In this document: positions 1 to 13,294 of the stretch, in pieces
How the letters are laid out: each line of letters starts with the position of its first letter
Position numbering within the stretch: position 1 is the stretch's first letter
NCBI RefSeq assembly: GCF_963921235.1
Contig: NC_086097.1
Coordinates: forward strand, 253,458,001-253,522,000
Source: Mobula hypostoma
Taxonomy: Eukaryota
DNA length: 64,000 nucleotides
Direction of reading: 5' to 3'
The notes under the pieces: generated by a model
Database searches by the model: none
Told to the model about the DNA's origin: nothing
Seen by the model: the letters and a program-made list of their open reading frames with translations, nothing else
Translations under genes and position numbers: made by a program

Positions 1-79
1 TTGTTCCCTTATTCAAGGAAGTGAGTAGAGACAGGGAAAGGATGCTAGGGTACAGGAAGTGCGGTGTACAAAGGCTGTT

Positions 80-1460
80 GACAGACCAGTGAGTCTTACT
101 TCAGTGGTTGGTAAGTTGATGGAAAAGATCCTGAGAGGCAGGATTTATGAACATTTGAAGAGGCATAATATGATTAAGAATAGTCAGCGTGGCTTTGTCG
201 AAGGCAAGACGTGCCTCATGAGCCTGATTGAATTTTTTGAAGATGTGACTAAAAACGTTGATGAAGGTAGAGCAGTAGATGTAGTGTGTATGGATTTCAG
301 CAAGGCATTTGATAAGGCACCCCATGCAAGGCTCAGTGAGAAAGTAAGGAGGCTCGGGATCCAAGGGGACATTGCTTTGTGGATCCGGAATTGGCTTGCC
401 CACAGAAGGCAAAGAGTTGTTGTAGACAGGTCATATTCTGCATGGAGGTCAGTGACCAGTGGTGTGCCTCAGGGATCTGTGCTGGGACCCTTACTCTTCG
501 TGATTTTTATAAATGACCTGGACGAGGAAGTGGAGGGATGGGTTAGTAAATTTGCTGATGACACAAAGGCTGGGGGGTGTTGTGGATAGTGTGGAGGGCT
601 GTCAGAGGTTACAGCGGGACATTGATAGGATGCAAAACTGGGCTGAGAAGTGGCAGATGAAGTTCAACGCAGATAAGTGTGAGGTGGTTCATTTTGGAAG
701 GTCAAATATGATGGCAGAATATAGCATTAATGGTAAGACTCTTGGCAGTGTGGAGGATCAGAGGGATCTTGGGGTCCGAGTCCATAGGACACTCAAAGCA
801 GCTGCGCTGGTTGACTCTGTGGTTAAGAAGGCATACAGTGCATAGGCCTTCATCAATTATGGGTTTGAGTTTAAGTGCTGAGAGGTAATGTTACAGCGAT
901 ATAGGACCCTGGTCAGACCCTACTTGGAGTACTGTGCTCATTTCTGGTCACCTCACTACAGGAAGGATGTGGAAACTATAGAAAGGGTGCAGAGGAGATT
1001 TACAAGGATGTTGCCTGGATTGGGGAGCATGCCTTATGAAAACAGGTTGAGTGAACTTAGCCTTTTCTCGTTGGAGTGACGGAGGATGAGAGGTGACCTG
1101 ATAGAGGTGTATAAGATGATGAGAGGCATTGATTGTGTGGATAGTCAGATGCTTTTCCCCAGGGCTGAAATGGCTAACATGAGAGGGCACAGTTTTAAGG
1201 TGCTTGGAAGCAGGTACAGAGGAGATGTCAGGGGTAAGTTTTTTACGCAGAGAGTGGTGAGTGCGTGGAATGGGCTGCCGGCAACGGTGGTGGAGGCGGA
1301 TACGATAGGGTCTTTTAAGAGACTCCTGGATAGGTACATGGAGTTTAGAAGAATAGAGGGCTATGGGTAACCCTAGCTAAATTCTAAAGTAAGAACATGT
1401 TCGGCACAGCTTTGTGGGCCGAAGGGCCTGTATTGTGCTGTAGGTTTTCTATGTTTCTAT
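80..1460 (+). mobile_element. CR1 LINE, 5'-truncated (RT domain and 3' UTR), frameshifted
   Basis: [25 protein letters not shown] and SKFADDTK motifs; (tttctatg) tail. Confidence 0.93.
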
Positions 1461-1546
1461 TCCTGATAATTTCATATTTTGCTCAGGAAAACTGAGGGGC
1501 TGTTTTGGAGAGTGTCATGAGATTTTTTTTCTCTTTTCTATTTCAG

Positions 1547-1659
1547 CTGACTGAACTGAATACATTTTTCTTGAAACATATCTTTGTGTTTCAAGCGAGC
1601 CACGCCCTGAGTTATGGTCGAATCCTCTTTATTGGTGTGATCACGGCGCCTACTGTACG
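1547..1659 (+). CDS. PTDSS1: Phosphatidylserine synthase 1, internal exon (first in window; upstream exons lie outside)
   Basis: tttcag|CTG...GTA CG|gtaaag; translates [38 protein letters not shown], matching recalled vertebrate PTDSS1. Confidence 0.96.
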
Positions 1660-1914
1660 GTAAAGAAACTTTACATTTTGTATAAAAACTCTCTGGTCTC
1701 CTGTGGTGTTTATAAATGAAGATGGGTCATTTTCTCTTCTTCATCAAGAGTCTGCTTATTTGTTATACTCTATTTTTCCCGAAGTTACCCATTGCCTCTT
1801 CCTGTCCTCATTTCTTCTCATTGCTGTATAAACATCATACACAATCTCCTGCTTCCGTTGTTCTTGTTCTGTTTCGTGAACCCATCAATCTAGAACACAA
1901 CATTACAGCACAGA

Positions 1915-2085
1915 TAATAAACACGAGATTCTGTAGATGCTGCAAATCCAGAGCAACACACACAAAATGCCGGAGGAACTCAGCAGGCCAGGCAGCATCT
2001 ATGAAACTGAATAAACAGTCAACATTTCTGGCCAAGACCCTGTATCAGGACTGGACTCTTTATTCTTTTCCACAGATGCTTCCAA
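1915..2085 (-). mobile_element. Short Penelope-terminus-derived element with a degenerate hammerhead motif
   Basis: Shares aaatgc(t/c)ggaggaactcagcaggccaggcagcatct...agaccc..tcaggactg with the PLE 3' ends at 14 kb and 35.6 kb. Confidence 0.7.
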
Positions 2086-3358
2086 ATTTGTACTTTCCTC
2101 CGAAGTTCAAAGTACGTTCATTATCAAAGTATGTACAGCATATACAAGCCTGAGATTCATCTCCTTACGGGCAGCCACAAAACAAAGCAACAATAGCATC
2201 CACAAAGAAAACCACTCCAAAAATACTGTCAAAGCATCCAGTATGTGAAAAGAGGAGCAAATTGTGCAAACAATGAAAAAAGTCAACGAATAACACACAG
2301 AACGTGAAACAGAGTCACCAAAAGTGAGTTCACAGCCACAGAGGCAGTTTGGTGCCGAGGCGAGTGTACTGGGTCAATGCTCCTGTACCTCACACCCGAT
2401 TGTAGTAGTGAGAGGAGAGGGAGAGGGAGGTGGGTCAGGCTGCTGCAACGGCTATGGACTCAGGGTCTCGGATTATTTTCCTGTGTGACTGTATGTTTAC
2501 TGGTATCTTGTATGTGCTTTGTGCTGTGTGTGACTGTGTGTTCTGTCTTGCATCTTGGCCCTGGAGTAACACTGTTTCATTTGGCTGTGTTCATTGGTAT
2601 TCATGTATGGTTGAATGACAATTAAACTTCAACTTGAACATGTTCCCATGCGCCATCTGCAGGCTATCTAGACACCACCCAGTTGAGCTATCTGCCATCA
2701 CACGCAGAATGCAGGAGGAAGTCAGGTCAAGCCATATCTATGGAGAGGAATAAATGGTTCATGTTTCAGCCTGAGACCCTGAGGAAGGGTCTCGGCCCAG
2801 AATGTTGACTCTGCGTGACCTGTTGACTTCCTGCAGCATTTTGTGTGTGGTGCTCTCGATTTCCGGCATCTGTACACCATTACACATCACTCTGCAAACC
2901 CTCTGTGCCGGCTTGTAGCTTTTCCAATGTCAATTTTCAGATGAACAACATCCCTGTTTCCCTCCTGATGTCCTTTTGAACTGCATAATAAACTATTTAA
3001 CCTACAGACAGATTCTAAACCATTTTTCATCACTAACATTTAATTGTTTAATGGTGTGCATTTCACTGAAATCTTTCTGTGATGCTCAGGGCCTAAATGT
3101 TAATGAAAGAGTTGTTGGATGGAAGATTACTTATTGCCAAAATTTCTGTAATACTAACTTTCTAAAATGTTTCTTGACCTGCCATTTAGACCATAAGACA
3201 TAGGAGCAGAATTAGTGCTTTTGCCCATGAAGTGTGCTCTGCCATTCCATTATAACTGATTTATTATCCCTCTCAACCCCATCTCCATGCATTTATTTAG
3301 CATTACATCCAGAGCCAGCCCTTTGAACCTCGCTGACCCAGCAACCCCACAATCCTGA

Positions 3359-4850
3359 TTAGACCATAAGACCAAGGAGCAGAAGTCAGCCATTCGGCCC
3401 ATCGAGTCTGCTCCGCCATTTTATCATGAGCTGATCCATTCTCCCATTTAGTCCCACTCCCCCGCCTTCTCACCATAACCTTTGATGCCCTGGTTACTTA
3501 GATACCTATCAATCTCTGCCTTAAATACACCCAATGACTTGGCCTCCACTGCTGCCCGTGGCAACAAATTCCATAGATTCACCACCCTCTGACTAAAAAA
3601 ATTTCTTCGCATCTCTGTTCTGAATGGGTGCCCTTCAATCCTTAAGTCATGCCCTCTCGTACTGGACTCTCCCACCATCAGAAACAACTTTGCCACATCC
3701 ACTCTGTCCATGCCTTTCAACATTTGAAATGTTTCTATGAGGTCCCCCTTCCTTCTTCTGAACTCCAAGGAGTACTCCAAGGTCTAGTACAGACTTAATC
3801 ACAGGACACTTCCCGATTAACCTGACCAGTACGTCTTTGGGCTCATCATTTTCCTGCCTTCTCCCCTTAACCTTTGACACCCCGACTAATCAAGAATCTT
3901 ATCAAACTCTGCTTTAATATACCCAATGACCAGGCCTCCACAGCCTTCTGTGGCAACTAATTCCACAAATTTACCACCCTCTGGCAAAAGAAATTTCTCC
4001 ATTTCTGTTCTAAAGGGACATCTTTGTACTCTGAGGCTGTGTCCTCTGGTTCCAGACTTCCCTACGAGAGGAAATAGACTCTCCACATCCACTCTATCCA
4101 GGCCTTTCAATATTTGATAGGTTTCAATGAGATCCCCCCCACTCTTCTGAATTCCAGTGAGTGTAGATCCAGAGCCATCAAACTCTCCTCAGACAATAAC
4201 CCTTCCATTCTCAGAATCATTCTTGTGAATTCCTTCAAACACTCTCCAATCTTTTCTTTGATTAGTGGGCCAAACCTGCTCACAATACTCCAAGTGAGGT
4301 CTCACCAGCGCTTTATAAAGCCTCAGCATTCCATCTTGTAGTCCTCTTGAAATGATTGCTAACATTGCATTGGCTTCCTCACCTCTGGCTCAACCTGCAA
4401 ATTAACCTTTAGGGAATCTTGTACGAGGACTCCCAAGTCTCTTTGCACCTCTGTTTTTGTATTTTCTCTCCCTTTAGAAAGTAGTCTACCCTTTCATTTC
4501 TTCTACCAAAGTGCTTGACCGTACATGTCACGACATGTTTTGATTCGGCTATGTTACCGGTGTTTAGTGCTGTTTTTGATTTGTTTACAGACAGTATTAC
4601 GCGTATCTTACCGATAGTCAATGCAAAAGAGTTGGAACTCAGTGCTGGGTCTTTGGGTAAGTGTGTTTGTTTCTGAACTTAGACCATAAGACACAGGAGC
4701 AGAATTAGGCCATTTGGCCCATAGAGTCTGCTTCACCATTTCATCATGGCTGATCCAATTTTCCTCTCAGCCCGAGTCTCCAGCCTTCTCCCCGTATCCC
4801 TTCATGCCCTGACCAATCGAGAATCTTGTCAACCTCTGTCTTGAATCTTG
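3359..4850 (-). mobile_element. Cluster of CR1 3' fragments on both sides of the PTDSS1 exon at 4591-4656
   Basis: GDLIETF...RNFFSQRVVNLWN peptides; (agaccata) tails. Confidence 0.85.
4591..4656 (+). CDS. PTDSS1: PTDSS1 exon (66 bp)
   Basis: ttacag|A CAG...TTT GG|gtaagt; QYYAYLTDSQCKRVGTQCWVFG, phase-compatible with flanking exons. Confidence 0.96.
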
Positions 4851-5704
4851 TCATAGAGTTATATTGTACAGAGACAAACCCTTTGGCCCATCTCATCTGT
4901 GCCAAACAAATTGTTAAAAGTGTAAAGTAAAAATCCAGAGATTCATTTTCTGTGGGCATTTACAAGAAAATGAGGAAATGCAGTAACATTTCTGAAAATC
5001 TTTGGTTGTTTGTCAATAACTGTGCAAAAGAAATCATAAGATGTAGGTCATTCAGTCCATCATGTAGATAATTTATGTAAATAATTTTTAAAATCTGTAA
5101 TTTAATAATAATTAAATTAATAAAATATTATAAATAAATTTAATCAGTATTTTAATAAATAATACTGAGAACATAAGTTGTCAAGTCCTTGAAAGTCAGT
5201 TTGTAGGTTGTGAAACCAGGTCAGAGTTGAGGTGAGTGAAGTTATCCGCACCTGATGGTTGAGGGGTAATAACTGGCCCTGAACCTGGTTTGTGGGTCCT
5301 AAGGCTCCTGTACCTTCTTCCCGATGGAAGTAGTGAGAGAGAGTCCACTAACATCCTAATCCCCACGCTTTGCTGTAAACCTTTCCTACCCCTGTACCTG
5401 TTCCAGTATCTTTTAAGCACTATACTTTGAACAGCTTCTTCCCCTCTGCCACCAGGTTTCTGAATTGACAATGAACTCTTAAATTTACCTCACGATTTTG
5501 CTCAATCTTTCTGTCTGTCTCACAATTTGTAGTAACTCTTTACGTATTGCACTGTACTGCTGTTGCAAAACAACTGATTTCACAATGTATGTCAGTGATA
5601 TCAAACCTGTTTCTGATCCTGGACTTGGTCAAATTCACGAGACACATTTTCCACACAGAATTCAATAATTACCATCCCTAATAAATCCTTGTCTTTCCAA
5701 ATAT

Positions 5705-6610
5705 TGGATGAGGAAGTGGAGGGATGGGTTAGTAAATTTGCTGATGACACAAAGGTTGGGTGTGTTGTGGATAGTGTGGAGGGCTGTCAGAGGTTACAAT
5801 GGGACATTGATAGGATTCAGAACTGGGCTGAGAAGTGGCAGATGGAGTTAAATGCAGATAAGTGTGAGGTGGTTCATTTTGGTAGGACAAATATGATGGC
5901 AGAATATAGTATTAATGGTAAAAACAAAAATCTTGGCAGTGTGAAGGATCAGAGGGATCTTGGGGTCGGAGTCCATAGCACACTCAAAGCTGCTGCACAG
6001 GTTGACTCTGTGGTTAAGAAGGCATACAGTGCATTGGCCTTCATCAATAGTGGAATTGAATTTAGGAGCTGAGAGGTAATGTCGCAGCTATATAGGACCC
6101 TGGTGTGTACTGTGCTCAGTTCTGGTCACCTCACTACAGGAAGGATGTGGAAACCATAGAAAGGGTGCAGAGGAGATTTACAAGGATGTTGCCTGGATTG
6201 GGGAGCATGCCTTATGAGAATAGGTTGAGTGAACTTGGCCTTTTCTCCTTGGGGCGATGGAGGATTAGAGGTGTATAAGATGATGAGAGGCATTGATCGT
6301 GTGGATAGTCAGAGGCTTTTTCCCAATGCTGAAACGGCTAACATGAGAAGGCATAGTTTTACGGTGCTTGGAAGTAGTTACAGAGGAGATGCCAGGGGTA
6401 AGTTTTTTACGCAGAGAGTGGTGAGTGCGTGGAATGGGCTGCTGGCAACGGTGGTGGAGGCGGATACAGTAGGGTCTTTTACGAGACTCCTGGATAGATA
6501 CATGGAGCTTACAAAAATAGAGGGCTATGGGTAACCCTCGGTAATTTGTAAAGTAAGTATATGTTTGGCACAGCATTGTGTATTGTGCTGTAGGTTTTCC
6601 ATGTTTCTGT
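5705..6610 (+). mobile_element. CR1 LINE 3' fragment
   Basis: SKFADDTK...FFTQRVVSAWN; very similar to the copy at 80-1460. Confidence 0.92.
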
Positions 6611-6829
6611 AATTTTGTATACCATTTCTACCACAACCCCTGGCAGGGTTTTGCACACACCCACCACTCTGTGGGTAAAAACTTAACTCTGACATAACAC
6701 CATAATTCAACCTAAAGTTATTCTCCCCCCCCCCCCCATATTAACCACCCCTTCCTCTCCTCCACTCTTGTGAAACGTGAGCCTAGTCGTGAGGTCGACT
6801 TCTGCTCCTTTTTGGTTTCTATTCCATTT

Positions 6830-7350
6830 ATGCTTGGAGTATTGTGTTCATTTCGGGTCACCTCATTATAGGAAGGATGTGGAAGCTTTAGAGAGGGTGC
6901 AGAGGAGATCTACCAGGATGCTGCCTGGACTAGAAAGCATATTTTAAGAAGAATGGTTGAACGAGCTGGGGCTTTTCTGTTTGGAGCGAAGGAAGAGGAG
7001 AGGTGACTTGATAGAAGTGTACAAGACAAAAGAGGTGTTGTTTGAGTGGACAGCAGAGACTTTTTTTTTACCAGAGCGGAAATGGCTAGTACATGGGGGT
7101 CACAATTTTTAAGGCAACTGGGGGAATATGTAGGGGCGATGTCAGAGGTAGGTTTTTTTTTTAACACAGAGAATGGCAGGTGCATGGGACGCCCTGACAG
7201 GGTGGTGGTAAAGACAGATACATCCGGGACATTTGAGATAGGCAGATAGATGACAGAAGATGGAGGGTTATGTGGAGGGAAGGGTTGGGTTAAAAGGTTG
7301 GCACAGTATTGTGGACTGAAGACTCTGTGCTGGGCTGTAATGTTCTGAGT
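6830..7350 (+). mobile_element. CR1 3' fragment (older subfamily)
   Basis: LEYCV..HYRKDVEALERVQRR-like sequence and CR1 3' UTR. Confidence 0.8.
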
Positions 7351-7683
7351 TATTTTACATATCTCTAAACACTGTAAGTAGCCCTCTGCGATTTCAGCCT
7401 CGTCGCCTGTTTGTATCTTGGTCTGATTGCTGTTGACACCATTTGGTTACACATCAGAGCTTGTATGTATCACAAACAAAACCAGTACCTACTCGTTCGC
7501 CAAACCTCCAGTTTTCCTCAATATTGAGCTTGTTCCAGAGTTCCTACTTGCAAACCCACCCAAGTAGTCACATCCCAATGAACCAATTGAATTTGTCATT
7601 TATAAATGCTGCATGTCATTGTACCAATCTACTGTCTTGTGTTAATCTGTCTGTGGAGTTTGAACTTAATTTACTTTTATTTG

Positions 7684-8010
7684 GCTGCCACAGTGACGCA
7701 GCAGGTAGGGCAACACTATCACAGCTCGGGCTGTTTCGGAGTTCAGTTCTGAAGCCGGGTGTAAGGGTTTGTACGTCCTTCCTGTGTGTGTGGGTTTCCT
7801 CCAAGTGCTCTGGTTTCCTCCCACAGTCCAAAGACGTACCAGTTAATAGGTCAATTGGTCATTGTAAATTGCCCTCTGATTAGACTGGGGTTAATTGGTC
7901 ATTGTAAATTGCCCTCTGATTAGACTGGGGTTAACTGGTCATTGTAAATTGCCCTCTGATTAGACTGGGCTAGGGTTGAATCAGTGGGTTGCTGTGTAGT
8001 GCAGCTTGCT
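7684..8010 (+). mobile_element. V-SINE/HE1-like tRNA-derived SINE with an internal 40-bp triplication
   Basis: Core gtgggtttcctccaagtgctctggtttcctcccacagtccaaagac; related copies near 10556, 24165, 28850, 39860, 42108, 62740. Confidence 0.75.
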
Positions 8011-8174
8011 GCGTTGTTGAGGGTCTGTTCTGTGTTCTGTCTCTGAGAACAATTGCCTTTTGCAATACAAGAATAATTCAACTTAATTCCAAATCTATTA
8101 GAGTGTGTACCTGGCTGTGAGTTGGGCTGTATTTTTGAGATCTGTCTAACTTTCTTTTTAAAAAATGTTAACAG

Positions 8175-8274
8175 TGCCATTTCCTTTCTGGAAGCAATAG
8201 TATGCATCAAGTCCGGTCAGGATCTTTTCTCCAAAACTGTGGGCCTGTATGTCATCCTCTGGCTCCTCTGCATG
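8175..8274 (+). CDS. PTDSS1: PTDSS1 exon (100 bp)
   Basis: aacag|T GCC...TGC ATG|gtaaga; [33 protein letters not shown]. Confidence 0.95.
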
Positions 8275-8530
8275 GTAAGAAAGATCATTGCTTATTGCTC
8301 CAATAGTCGACTGGCTGGAGATTCAGATTCAGATTTATTAATGCACGTACATCAAGGCACACAGTGAAATGCGTAATTCGTGTTAACAACCAACACAGCC
8401 CGTGGGTGCTCTGGGGGCAGCCCACAAGTATCACCACGCATTCCGGCAACGACAGAGCATTCCTTCCATGCTTGGCAGAACAACTCAGCGGCTTAGTAGT
8501 GTAGCAGTTAGCAAAACACTTTACAGTTCA

Positions 8531-9600
8531 CAGTTCAAGGTAAATTTATTATCAAAGTACATATAGGAACCTGGGATTCATTTTCTTGCAGGCATACTCA
8601 ATAGATCCAATAACCATAATAGAATCGATGAAAGACCGCAACAGCAGGGTAGACAACCAGTGTGCAAGAGATAACAAACTGTGCAAATACTAAAAGAAAA
8701 ATCTGAAATAGTAATAAATAAATAAGCAATGATTATCGATGAGATGAAGAGTTCTTGAAAGTGAATCCATAGGTGTGGGAACAATTAAGTGATGGGGCAA
8801 GTGAAGTTGAGTAAAGTTCAAAGTAAAATTTATTATCAGAGTACATGCACGTCCCCACGTGCAACCCTGAGATTTTTTTTCCTGCGGGTATAGTGAGCAA
8901 ATTTTATAACAGTAAAGAGGGTCAATGAAAGAGCAAGAGTGTAGAAGACAACAAATTGCATGTGCAAATATAAATAAATGGCAATAAATAGTGAGAAATT
9001 GAAATAACAAGATTAGTGTAGCTATCTCCTTTTGTTTAAGAGTCTGATGGTTGAGGGTTAGTAACTGTTCTTGAACCTGGTGGCGTGTGTCCTGAGGCTC
9101 CTGTACCTTCTACCTGATGGCAGCAGCAAGAAAAAAGCATGTCCTGGGTGGGGAGGATCTTTGATGATGGATGCTGCTTTCCTACAGCAACGTTACGTGT
9201 AGATGTGCTCAATGATTGGGAGGGCTTAACCCATGATGGACTGGGCCGAATCCTCTAACTTTTGTAGGATTTTCCGCTCAAAGGAATTGGTGTTCCCATG
9301 CTAGGCCGTAATGCAGCCAGTCAGCACACATCTATAGAAGTTTGTCAAGGTTTTTGAAGACTCGTGGAACCTCCTGAGCAAGTAGCTGCGCTGTTGTACT
9401 TTCTTTGCAAGTAGTCAGTTCCATCCTGGATACTACCTCCGTGGTGTCCAAGACATCTTCAAGGAGAAGTGTTAGAAAAGCAGCTTCCATCATCAAGGAT
9501 GTCCATCACCCAGGACAGCCCTCATCTCATTGTTACCATCAGGTAGGAGTTACAGAAGCCTGAAGGCACACACTCAACCATTCATCCTCGTACACAATGT
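8531..9600 (-). mobile_element. Rex1/Babar LINE 3' fragments
   Basis: Reverse (tttgaac)n tail with aataaa; LPSGRRY/FKNS-type 3' coding remnants. Confidence 0.65.
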
Positions 9601-9896
9601 CTGATGTGTTGAGGGACTGAATGATAACTGCTTTTTGGAAATGCTGGATTGATCTTGGAGTATGTTTAAAAGGTCAGCACAATATCGTGTGCCAAAGGGC
9701 CTGCACTGTGCTGGAATGTTCTAGGTTCTGTGCTTTCTTGCCACCTGTTGGAATATTATTTTGTTATCCTCTGCCACATTCGAACTATAAATGAATCAAA
9801 AAAAAAAATGTGATGTTTGCAGTTTCATTAAGTTCTGTGTAAATTGGACTTGGAAAAGACTGAAGACCATTTAACTGGACTTCTTACTCATTCCAG

Positions 9897-9965
9897 GCTT
9901 TTATAACCTTCCTTTGCCTTGCGGGAATGGTGTGGTACGCTGAGCATACTGGGCAACGTGAGAAG
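9897..9965 (+). CDS. PTDSS1: PTDSS1 exon (69 bp)
   Basis: ttccag|GCT...AAG|gtgagt; [23 protein letters not shown]. Confidence 0.94.
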
Positions 9966-10230
9966 GTGAGTTTGTGACTGGAAGTTCACTCCCCCACTAT
10001 CGGAAACTTAGTCTGCACATCCATTCTATCTAGACCTTCCAATATTTGATAGATTTCAATGAGGTCTCCACCCCCCCCCCCCAAACTGTTTGCACATTTT
10101 GTCCCCTTTTCCACATTAATCATTTCTCAGTCTTGGTTTACATACAGGTTTACGTCAATTCTGTTGTATTCTTTATTTTCCTGTAAATGTCTGGAAGGAA
10201 ATGAATCTCAAGATAGTACATGGTGACATA

Positions 10231-11062
10231 CATTCCGTGGCCACATTATTAAATGCCTTCTGTACCTAATAAAGTGGCCACAGAGTGTGTGCTCATGGTT
10301 TCTGCTTCTGTCGCCCATCCACTTCAAGGTTCGATGTGTTGTGCATTCAGAGATGCTCTTCTGCACACCACTGTTGTAACGTGAGGTTATTTGAGTTACT
10401 GTCACCTTCCTGTCAGTTTGAACCAGTCTGGCCATTCTCCTCTGACCTCTTTCATTAACGAGGTGATTTCCGCCACTTACTGGATGGTTTTTTTGTGTTT
10501 TTTGCACCATTCTCTGTAAATTCCAGAGAGTAGTTCGTGCAGAAATCCCAGGAGATGGCGGTTGTCACGGTCACATACTGGTTAGCACAGCGCTGTTACA
10601 GCTCAGTGTTTGGAGCTCAGTTCAGGCCTGTGAGGAGTTTGTAACGTCCTCCCCAGGCGACACATGGGTTTTCTCCAGGTGCTCCAGTTTTCCTCCCGCA
10701 GTCCAAAGATGTCCCGGGGAAGTTAACCTGTCGTTGTAAATTGTCCCGTGATTGGGTTAGGGTTAAATCGGACTTGTGGGGGGTTGCTGAGGCAGTGTGG
10801 CTCGTAGGGCTGGAAGGGCCTCCTGTGTGCTGTAAGTAAATAAAATAAGATCAGCAGCTTCTGAGATACTCAAACCACCCTGTCTGGCGCCAACAATCAT
10901 TCCACAAAGTCACTAAGATCATATCTGTTCCCCATTCTGATGTTTAGTCTGAACAACAACTGAACCTCTTGGCCTTGTCACCATGCTTTGATGAATTGAG
11001 TTGATGCCACATGATTGGCTGATTAGATATTTGCATTGTACCTAATAAAGTGGCCTCTAAGT
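10231..11062 (-). mobile_element. Tc1-like non-autonomous transposon interrupted by a V-SINE (about 10556-10845)
   Basis: Terminal gtggccac(a/t)ttatta / tacctaataaagtggcc inverted repeats; HTH-like remnant RGQRRMARLVQTDRKVTVTQITSRYN. Confidence 0.75.
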
Positions 11063-11117
11063 CCTTTGATTTAAAAAAATTACTTTGACTTTCACTTTGA
11101 TGTTTTCTGTCTTTCAG

Positions 11118-11196
11118 ACTCTTTCCGAGTGTGAATATGAGGAGGCAGTTAACAGCACTAATATCTCCCTGCTGCCTGGTGACCCACACGCAAAAG
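11118..11196 (+). CDS. PTDSS1: PTDSS1 penultimate coding exon (79 bp)
   Basis: tttcag|ACT...AAA G|gtttgt; TLSECEYEEAVNSTNISLLPGDPHAK (human has TYSECED); phases 0/1 fit. Confidence 0.85.
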
Positions 11197-11212
11197 GTTT
11201 GTGCATTGAAAT

Positions 11213-13002
11213 AAGACCATGACACATAGGAGCAGAATTAGGCCATTCAGCCCATTGAGACTACTCCACCATTACATCATGGCTGATCCTGGATCCCACT
11301 CAACCCTATACACCTGTCTTCTCGCCATATCCTTTGATGCCCTGACCGATCAGGAAACCTAAGCCTTAAATATAATACCATAAGACATAGGAGCAGAATT
11401 GGGCCATTAGGCCCATTGAATCTCCTTCGCCATCCTTTTTTCCCCTCCTCAGTTCCACTCTCCACCCTTCTCCCCATAACCTTTGATGCCATGTCCAATC
11501 AAGAACCTATCAAGCTCTACCTTAAGTACACCCAACGACCTGGCCTCCACAGCTGCCTGTGCTAATACATTCCACAAATTCACCACCCTCTGGCTAAACA
11601 AATTGCTTCGTATCTCTGTTTTAAATGGATGCTCCTCTATCTTGAGGATGTCCCTCTTGTCCTAGGCTCCCCCACTATGGGAAACATCCTTCCCACATCT
11701 ACTCTGTTTAGGCCTTTCAACATTCGAAAGGTTTCAATGAGACCCCCCCCCCGCCCATCCTTCTAAATTCCAGCAAGTTCAGACCCAGAGCCATTGAAAG
11801 TTCCTCGTATGATGACCCTTTCGCTCCCAGAATCATCCTTGTGAACCTCCCCTGAACCCTCTCCAATGCCAGCACATCTTTTCTTAGATGAGGAGACCAG
11901 AATTGTTCACAATACTCAAGGTGAGGCCTCACAGAGCCTTTATAAAGCCTCAGCATCACATCCTTGCTCTTGTATTTTAGATCTCTTGAAATGAATGCTA
12001 ACATGGCATTTGCCTTCCTCACCAGTGACTCAACCTGCAAGTTCACCTTTACGGTGTTCTGTACAAGGACTCCCAAGTCCCTTTGCATCTCAGATTTTTG
12101 GATTTTCTCCCTATTTAGAAAATAGTCTGTCCATTTATTTCTTCTACCAAAATGCATAACCATGCATTTTCCAACGTTGTACTTCATTTGCCACTCTCTT
12201 GCCCGTTCTCCTAATCCGTCTAAGTCCTTCTGCATCCTACCTGTTTATTCACCATTACCTGCTCCTCCACCAATCTTTGTCTCATCTGCAAACTTGGCAA
12301 CAAAGCCATCTATTACATCATCTAAATCATTGATATACAGCATAAAAAGAAGTGGCCCCTGCAGAACACCACTGGCAGCCAACCAGAAAAGGATCCTTTT
12401 ATTCCCACTCGCTGCCTCCTACCAATCAACCAGTACTCGAATAATGCCAGTAACTTTCCTGTAATTCCATGGGCTCTTAACTTGTTAAACAGCCTCATGT
12501 GTGGCACCTTATCAAGGGCCTTCTGAAAGTCCAAATATACAACATCCACTGCATCCCCTTTATCTATCCTACATGTAATCTCCTCAAAAAATTCCAACAA
12601 GTTCATCAGGCAATATTTTCCCTGAAGGAACCCATGCTGACTTTGTCCTCTCTTGTGCTGTGCCACAAAGTACTCTATAACCTCATCCTTAATCACAACC
12701 ACTGAGATCAGGCTAACCGTTCTATAATTTCCTTTCTGCTGCCTTCCTCCTTGCTAAAAGAGCGTAGTGATATTTTTAATTTTCCACTACTTTGGCACGA
12801 TGACATAGTGCAATGATTTTTGATAGATCATTACTAATGCCTCCACAATCTCTACCACTACCTCTTTCAGAACCCTAGAGTGCAGTTCATTTGGTCCGGG
12901 TGACTTATATACCCTCAGGTCTTTCAGCTTTTTGAGCACCTTCTCCCTTGTAACAGTAACTGCACCCACTTCTCTTCCCTCATACCCTTAAACATCTGGC
13001 AC
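11213..13002 (-). mobile_element. CR1 LINE RT region plus an extra CR1 3' end
   Basis: KSPGP, VYLDFQKALDKVPH and RPHLEYCEQFWSP motifs. Confidence 0.92.
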
Positions 13003-13294
13003 AAATCTGGAAAGAGGCACAAAACTCGTTGATTCACCATTGTTTTATTACATATTAATAGAACACAAAGAGTTGGAAATGTAGAGCTGAAAAAAGTCTG
13101 ATAGCTAGGAATGTTCAGACTCAGAGACTAGAGGAAAAGATGGTGTACCAACATTGACCCTTTTTATACCCCATAGTTAAACATTCCATTCAAATTGATA
13201 GATAAGAGTTAACCAATCAAATAGCCCGTATTCAAATAATGCAACACCAGAGAAACTCCTGAACTTTCCAGAATGATATAAAGAACTGTAACCA

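Noticed and set aside
1716..2153. 145-aa ORF with a hydrophobic N-terminus
   Set aside because: It spans PTDSS1 intron and repeat sequence, with no homology or splice support.
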